Shown in pieces: positions 59,153-64,000 of a stretch of 64,000 bases of DNA. Both the position numbers and the translations under genes were made by a program. Source of the stretch: Chthoniobacteraceae bacterium (lineage in GTDB: Bacteria; Verrucomicrobiota; Verrucomicrobiia; Chthoniobacterales; Chthoniobacteraceae); the NCBI GenBank assembly GCA_037190965.1, contig JBBCKI010000023.1:34619-98618 (forward strand), given 5' to 3'. Every line of letters begins with the position of its first letter. Positions within the stretch are counted from its first letter, which is position 1. The notes beneath the pieces are model-generated. The model was not told the origin of the DNA, did no database searches, and saw nothing but the letters and a program-made list of their open reading frames with translations.

Positions 59153-61303
59153 TTATTTGCCGTTGAGGATCGTGCAATCGATCAACCGCCCGCCTGAGCC
59201 GGGATTGATCGTCGTGTTGTCGAAGGTTTCTTTGATAAAGCTCGCCTCATAGGTGCCGACGAACGGCGGCTTAACGTGATTGCGTGTGTACCCCACCGAC
59301 GCGTCCTTGAAGCGGTTCCCGGTGCAGTAAATGTCCGAGGACGAGGAGAGGGTGAGCTTGACGGCAAACGCATTGTCGCCCCCATCCTTCTCAAAGACGT
59401 TCTCCAGCAGGGAGTAGTCCTGAGTGCGCCCATAGAAGATGCTGCTGCCCCGGAAGGTATTGCTGCGGAAGATTAACCCGCTCCCCGCGCAGGTGATCAC
59501 GTTGGTGCGCGACTCGAAGCGGTTGCCTTCCACCAAGTCCCCCTGCATGTACTCCCACCCATCCTCCCAGTCGATGTCGGCGCCGGGCATGCGTCCGCCG
59601 TTGCGGCGGAAGGTGTTGTTCTGGATGAGCCATTGCTGCCCGCCACAGGCGGCGAAGCCGCAGGAATAGTTGTCCTCGATCGTGCAGTCGATGATGTAGT
59701 TTCGGACCGGCATCGCCCGGTTTTCGACGAACGCGAAAGCATCGCCAAAATCGCTGTTACCGTTGGCCGGAACTTCCGACAGATAAAATGCCAGGTGCAG
59801 GTAGGCAGCCCCCTCCGGCAAGGCGTACTGCCGGAAGCGAATCCGCCCGCGCTCGGCCGACAGGAGCTTCATGTCCTTGTCGAAAAAATAGGCATCATAG
59901 ATCCGGCTATTCACGAACGGATACCCCATGTATCCCATCGGGTAGCCGATGTTGTAGTATGGGGTCTGGAACTTTGATACATCCCGCGGCGCCTTCGTGC
60001 GAATCTGCCCCTTGGTGTCCGTCGGCTGCCCTTGGGCGTCAAAGCCGCCCAGTTCCATATTGCGGGTGCTGACGGGGGTCTGGCGGAAATCCGCCACGCC
60101 GTGCGACTTGCTCCCAATTTCGCTGGAGATGTTAAAGCCGATGCTCTTGCGCACCGTCAGGTTGCGGATGCCATTATTGGTCCCTTCCTCAAAGACGATC
60201 GTGCAGCCTCCTTCGGTCTCGCCCTTTTTCGCCCATCCGGGGAGGAACTTTTCCTTTTCATCGCGCTCGCCGGTCAGCGTGCCGTTGACGATGGAGGCGT
60301 TTTCCAAAACCGTCGCGTGGTCTTTCTCGGCGAAGAGGAACGCCACGTAGCGGGGGTAGTCATTGGGGCGCAGGCGGATCTCCGAGCCGTTGAGGTCCAA
60401 TTGCACGTTGCTGACCATGTGGATCGTGTCCTTCGGCTCGATGTAGAGCAGCTTCTTCGGCTCCAGCAGCAGCCGGGTGAAACCATGCTTGGCGGTATGG
60501 CGCAAGGCCTCGTACAATCCGGCGCTGTTGGCCTTGGCGGTCGCTTCCGAGGCATCGTCGTAGCGAATGCCGAAACGCTCCGGCTCGATCGTGTAGGTCT
60601 TGTCGGCAGGGTGGTTCTCCGTCGGAGCCGGGACCACCTTATAGGTGACGGAAACGCGATGATTGCCGTCGAGCGTGGCCGCCGTGATCGTGGCCGTCCC
60701 TTGCTTGAGCGCATGGACGACCTTGGCCTCATCCATTGCGGCCAGGACCGAGGGATCGGAGGAACTGATCGTAAAGGGATTGCTGCCGATCACTTGGTAG
60801 GGGAGCACATAGGCGATGATGCGCTGATAGCGCCCCACCTCGATCGGGCCACCCGCGTTGCCCATGACGATGCCATCATCGGGCACGCTGCGCCCGCCGG
60901 AGACGGTGCCGGTCGCCGGCGCGGAGGCGGCGGTTTTCTCCCCGGCCGCCACCACCTGCACGCGCACCTCCGTGCGGACGCCACTGGGGGCGATGATCGC
61001 CAACGTGCTGGTCCCCTCGTGCACGCCATGGAGCGCGCCCTTGTCGTCCACCGTAAAGAAACCGGAGTTGCCGCTCTCATAGCGCAGCGGCTGGCCGGCT
61101 GCGGATGCTGGCTCCACCTTCACCTGCGCCGCCTGACGCTGGCCCACCTGGAGCGTGATCTGCGGCTCATTGGTCGTCAGGCGCTGGACTGGGGGCGCGG
61201 ACGCGGCGGTTGATGTCTGCGCAGATGCCCCTGCGGGAATCATGGCGAGCAGTCCCAGGGCCACGAGAGTAGCCAGGCAAATTCGCTTGTGTGTTTGTTG
61301 CAT
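59153..61303 (-). CDS. Secreted protein with two Ig-like (Big_2) domains and a right-handed beta-helix
   Basis: Signal peptide; V.P..A....L.Y.S.N..TVD..G.L.G..EG and SSSDPSV...V.A.K.G.ATITA.T.DG; beta-helix repeats with IDWEDGW. Confidence 0.75.
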   Translation of the reverse strand: MQQTHKRICLATLVALGLLAMIPAGASAQTSTAASAPPVQRLTTNEPQITLQVGQRQAAQVKVEPASAAGQPLRYESGNSGFFTVDDKGALHGVHEGTSTLAIIAPSGVRTEVRVQVVAAGEKTAASAPATGTVSGGRSVPDDGIVMGNAGGPIEVGRYQRIIAYVLPYQVIGSNPFTISSSDPSVLAAMDEAKVVHALKQGTATITAATLDGNHRVSVTYKVVPAPTENHPADKTYTIEPERFGIRYDDASEATAKANSAGLYEALRHTAKHGFTRLLLEPKKLLYIEPKDTIHMVSNVQLDLNGSEIRLRPNDYPRYVAFLFAEKDHATVLENASIVNGTLTGERDEKEKFLPGWAKKGETEGGCTIVFEEGTNNGIRNLTVRKSIGFNISSEIGSKSHGVADFRQTPVSTRNMELGGFDAQGQPTDTKGQIRTKAPRDVSKFQTPYYNIGYPMGYMGYPFVNSRIYDAYFFDKDMKLLSAERGRIRFRQYALPEGAAYLHLAFYLSEVPANGNSDFGDAFAFVENRAMPVRNYIIDCTIEDNYSCGFAACGGQQWLIQNNTFRRNGGRMPGADIDWEDGWEYMQGDLVEGNRFESRTNVITCAGSGLIFRSNTFRGSSIFYGRTQDYSLLENVFEKDGGDNAFAVKLTLSSSSDIYCTGNRFKDASVGYTRNHVKPPFVGTYEASFIKETFDNTTINPGSGGRLIDCTILNGK

Positions 61304-61315
61304 GGGTGGGTGCTC

Positions 61316-61351
61316 CAAGGTCGAGAACAAGGTCGAGAACAAGGTCGAGAA
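61316..61351. repeat. 12-bp tandem repeat (CAAGGTCGAGAA) x3
   Basis: Three perfect copies just upstream of the presumed beta-helix start codon. Confidence 0.85.
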
Positions 61352-61423
61352 TGAATAGGTCATGCGATTTTCTGCTACTCGCGAGTTTGGGGGTGCGGTG
61401 CGGGGAAAGGGTCGAGATGGAAC

Positions 61424-61441
61424 TGTAATATCGTTTTTACA
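61424..61441. promoter_or_regulatory. LacI-type operator-like palindrome TGTAA-N3-CG-N3-TTACA
   Basis: TGTAATATCGTTTTTACA upstream of the beta-helix gene; central CG with A/T flanks. Confidence 0.5.
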
Positions 61442-61615
61442 CCCCATGCCGGAAACTGCGCAAGAAAATTTCCCGCCTTTTAAAAATTGAGGACAAGACG
61501 GGAAAAGAGAAGAAGCGCAAAAGGGTCAGTCCTTGTCCCTTAAACTTGCTGGCAGCTCATCAGGGTCAACTCTTGACGGCCTGTTGCCTCAATCAGTGTT
61601 TTTGGAGTGAGGCCA

Positions 61616-61842
61616 CTATTCCAGGAGGTTTTGCAGCGGGTAGCGATTGATGGTTCGGCCGCTCTTTGAACGAGTGCATTGTTTTCGAATAAGACACGAA
61701 GTGCACACACCTTTCTTTGCGGCATACTCATTGTAGCCCCGTTATCCGCTCCGCTCAATGACAGCGTTCGCCCAGCAGGGCAGGCATAGCAGTCGTGTTT
61801 CCGGTCATAGCGGAAGGCGCTCTGGTCGAAGATTCCTTCCAC
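61616..61842 (-). pseudogene. IS1182-family transposase internal fragment, frameshifted
   Basis: FDQSAFRYDRKHDCYACPAGRTL, then in a shifted frame YAAKKGVCTSCLIRKQCTRSKSGRTI followed by a stop; this is the Cys-rich segment of IS1182 transposases. Confidence 0.8.
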
Positions 61843-61849
61843 TTTGGAG

Positions 61850-61956
61850 GGAGATTTGGGGTCAGAGTGAGATTTGGTGAGATTTGGAGTGAGTCGACAT
61901 ATTTTGACAAACGAGGATGTTTTTCGGTTTCCAGTCAGGAAATGTCGCCTGACCCC
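61850..61956. repeat. GGGGTCAG...CTGACCCC hairpin element, copy 1 (left arm disrupted by GAGATTTGG stutters)
   Basis: Core CGACATATTTTGACAAACGAGGATGTTTTTCGG.TTCCAGTCAG.AAATGTCGCCTGACCCC is nearly identical to the core of copy 2. Confidence 0.85.
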
Positions 61957-62042
61957 ATTTCTGTGACCCCATTTCTGCTCATATTTCTGCTCATTTCTGA
62001 CCTGCAGCTTGGAAAAATCGCCCTTCCGGCAACAGCCCGGTA

Positions 62043-62074
62043 AGGCCTGACCCCGTCAAACTGACCCCGTCAAA
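62043..62074. repeat. AGGCCTGACCCCGTCAA motif with tandem CTGACCCCGTCAAA duplication
   Basis: The 17-mer is identical to 63491-63507 and lies just past the ankyrin gene stop. Confidence 0.8.
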
Positions 62075-62097
62075 ATGCCATTCTTGACTATTCCTTG

Positions 62098-62838
62098 CTA
62101 TTGCCTCTGCTTCTCCTCCCGCCAAAAACCATCGTTTTTGAGCCGCTCAATAACCTTCTTGCGGTCTGCCTCATCAGGAAATCCCGCCCACTGGTCGATG
62201 TTCTGGATGATATAAAGTAGGGTGCGTCCTCTTTTGTTCTCAATTTTTGGATTTGCTCCAGCATCAAGCAGAAACATAACGATATCATAGCGCCCGGTGC
62301 CAGCAGCATGAACCATCGCGGTGTCTCCAGAATTGTCTTGGCTATCGATCTTTGACGCCCTGTCCAATAATAGCTTTATGATGGGGATTGACCGAGAATA
62401 CACGGCATCAAAAAGCGGAATTGATTTGTTCTTTTTGTTCCTCAGATTGACATTGCCGCCGTGTTTTAGCACTGCCTCCAATGTCCGCATATCGCCGTTC
62501 CTAGCAGCATAGCTCATTGCTGAGCTTCCTTCGTCGCTTTGCTGGTTAGGATCAGCCCCATTCTCCAATAGTAAAATCGCAGCATCACGATTAGCTAGCA
62601 TAGTGGAAAGAATCAAGGGGGTCATCCCTCCTGCACCAGTTTGGTTGACGTTATATCCAGAAGCTAAAATCTCCTTTACCTTTTTCCCATCCCCCATAGA
62701 GGCAGCGTACGCGAAAGCTCTGATTTCCCCATTTGGGAAGTACTTATCAAGTCTTTTCTTGTACCCCTCACTCAAACCAAATGCGAACGAGCCATGCATC
62801 ACAATTCCGATAATAATATACTGAAGAAATTTAATCAT
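62098..62838 (-). CDS. Secreted ankyrin-repeat protein, probable immunity protein
   Basis: Signal peptide; G.TPL, GADPNQ, G.SAM..AA and GDTAMV.AA ankyrin repeats; AT-rich; directly downstream of the lipase fragment. Confidence 0.85.
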   Translation of the reverse strand: MIKFLQYIIIGIVMHGSFAFGLSEGYKKRLDKYFPNGEIRAFAYAASMGDGKKVKEILASGYNVNQTGAGGMTPLILSTMLANRDAAILLLENGADPNQQSDEGSSAMSYAARNGDMRTLEAVLKHGGNVNLRNKKNKSIPLFDAVYSRSIPIIKLLLDRASKIDSQDNSGDTAMVHAAGTGRYDIVMFLLDAGANPKIENKRGRTLLYIIQNIDQWAGFPDEADRKKVIERLKNDGFWREEKQRQ

Positions 62839-62852
62839 ACCATCTGTTTAGG

Positions 62853-63384
62853 CTATCTTTTTTCCAACGCATTGATTACTGCATCCATACTATGATTTCC
62901 GGAGTTTTGGACCGACCAATTTCCGACCGGAGATACGCCAATTCGATTTCCCTGTGCAATGCCAGCCGGATGCAAGGCCCCCAAGCTTGCTGCACGCACT
63001 ATATAACTAGGACCACTAGCTAAAACCCTTTGAGCGGTGCTAAGAGCCTCTCCCTTCACATGCATAGCCGCTATAAGCTGCTCCGCATCGGGAGATCGGC
63101 CTCCATACCTCGGACTGACGGCTGCAGCATTGAAGGTGACTGCTGAATTGCCTGTTGAGATAGCTGCACTTGCAGCTAGCCCGCGAGAATGGCCGGTGAA
63201 GCTCAGCTTGTTCTTTCCTATTACATCGGCCGCCTCTGCAGAAACTGTACGAGCTTGGTCATATTGGGCATCCCGCATTCCCACCCATTGCTTGGCGTCC
63301 GTCTTCCAGTCTGCCAATTCCTCGGTTCCACGAAAAGCGAGCACATATTTTCCCGTCTTGGCGTTTTCATACAAACGAGATTGT
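62853..63384 (-). pseudogene. 5'-truncated lipase-class (Tle/DUF2974-like) toxin C-terminal fragment
   Basis: YVLAFRGTE..DW..D, TGHS, AVTFNAA, V.GE.L and HSMD motifs. GHSLGGG is shortened to GHSRG. Homology starts at the hairpin repeat; the ORF-track start lies on the far side of that repeat. Confidence 0.75.
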
Positions 63385-63470
63385 GGAGATTTGGGGTCAG
63401 GCGACATATTTTGACAAACGAGGATGTTTTTCGGCTTCCAGTCAGAAAATGTCGCCTGACCCCTAATCCC
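63385..63470. repeat. GGGGTCAG...CTGACCCC hairpin element, copy 2
   Basis: Perfect 15-bp inverted repeat GGGGTCAGGCGACAT (63393-63407) / ATGTCGCCTGACCCC (63449-63463). Confidence 0.88.
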
Positions 63471-63490
63471 TGCACAACTTAATGCCATTC

Positions 63491-63576
63491 AGGCCTGACC
63501 CCGTCAAGCCGTCAAGTAAATACGTCAACTCGTGACGGTCAATTCTGTGATCCCCGTCAACTCTGACTCCGTCAAA
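63491..63576. repeat. AGGCCTGACCCCGTCAA motif followed by degenerate CGTCAA stutters
   Basis: CGTCAA occurs five times in 86 bp; the tract ends at the stop codon of the next gene. Confidence 0.8.
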
Positions 63577-64000
63577 CTATGTTGAGTATTTTGGCTTGTA
63601 GCGCAATATGCCCTGGCTGCCAGCTCCTCTCGTGTCTATTGCGGAAACCGCCTCCCCCCAACCAAAAGAATAGGGCGGAGCACCAAGACACTGTTCCAAA
63701 ATGGCATCAATCCGCGCCTTATACTGGAACTCTTTCTCGTTAGACCATGTTGCCCAAGAAGCTTCCGGATCGTCGATCGAAAAGTGAATCTCTAAAAGGG
63801 TACCACCTTTGAAGACAAGATTGAGCGCAAACTCCTCCTGCCCTTCCCTTAAACGTAGCAGGTAGGTGAGCCATTCCTCGTTCTTGATCACTTCCGTCGC
63901 ATTCCAAAACAGGCTTGATTTCGAAAATTCTTGCCACGTCAAAGCGGGTGAAATGTTGCTCCCGGCCACTTCTAATGCGCCGGTCTTTGAATCGATTTTC
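63577..64000 (-). CDS. Hypothetical protein, possible orphan immunity protein (5' end at the window edge)
   Basis: The frame stays open to the window end (...KIDSKTGALEVAGSNISP...); small acidic/aromatic protein with Y.FGWG......D near the C-terminus; toxin-cassette context. Confidence 0.55.
   Translation of the reverse strand, partial: KIDSKTGALEVAGSNISPALTWQEFSKSSLFWNATEVIKNEEWLTYLLRLREGQEEFALNLVFKGGTLLEIHFSIDDPEASWATWSNEKEFQYKARIDAILEQCLGAPPYSFGWGEAVSAIDTRGAGSQGILRYKPKYST

Noticed and set aside
58967..59197. 76-aa ORF downstream of the VOC genes
   Set aside because: TTG start, overlaps a convergent gene end and has no motif; unsupported.
61850..63576. Repeats considered as a CRISPR array or attC sites
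   Set aside because: No constant repeat-spacer periodicity, no cas or intI gene in the window, and no RYYYAAC/GTTRRRY ends recognised.

Overview
GC-rich bacterial chromosomal window, most likely Verrucomicrobiota (Spartobacteria/Chthoniobacterales-like). This is inferred from a PEP-CTERM protein, an H-X9-DG prepilin-like protein, DUF4159-like proteins, a long-type IspG and Pro/Thr linkers. Housekeeping genes include xerD, cdsA-dxr-rseP-ispG, mtnP, lysC, a polyprenyl synthase, mgtA, trpD and bioB. Accessory blocks: (i) a WYL regulator with a palindromic site upstream of a VOC gene; (ii) a MATE pump preceded by an unannotated 36-aa leader ORF and a terminator/antiterminator pair; (iii) a LysR-linked mhq-like detoxification cluster with two matching TATG-N9-CATA boxes; (iv) a ~13.5-kb carbohydrate-utilisation-like locus without SusC/SusD or ABC genes (GntR/LacI hybrid regulator, GH-like enzyme, 1,531-aa secreted protein, PEP-CTERM, prepilin-like protein) whose four promoter regions share one 18-bp operator; (v) at the right edge, an AT-richer array in which truncated gene fragments (IS1182 transposase, lipase toxin) and immunity-like genes are joined at GGGGTCAG...CTGACCCC hairpin repeats with stuttered flanks. 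Also seen: two copies of a GTAG-type REP doublet, a MITE-like element and a 36-aa basic ORF missed by the ORF track. No rRNA, tRNA or CRISPR array was recognised. All product calls come from reading motifs by eye; no database searches were run.
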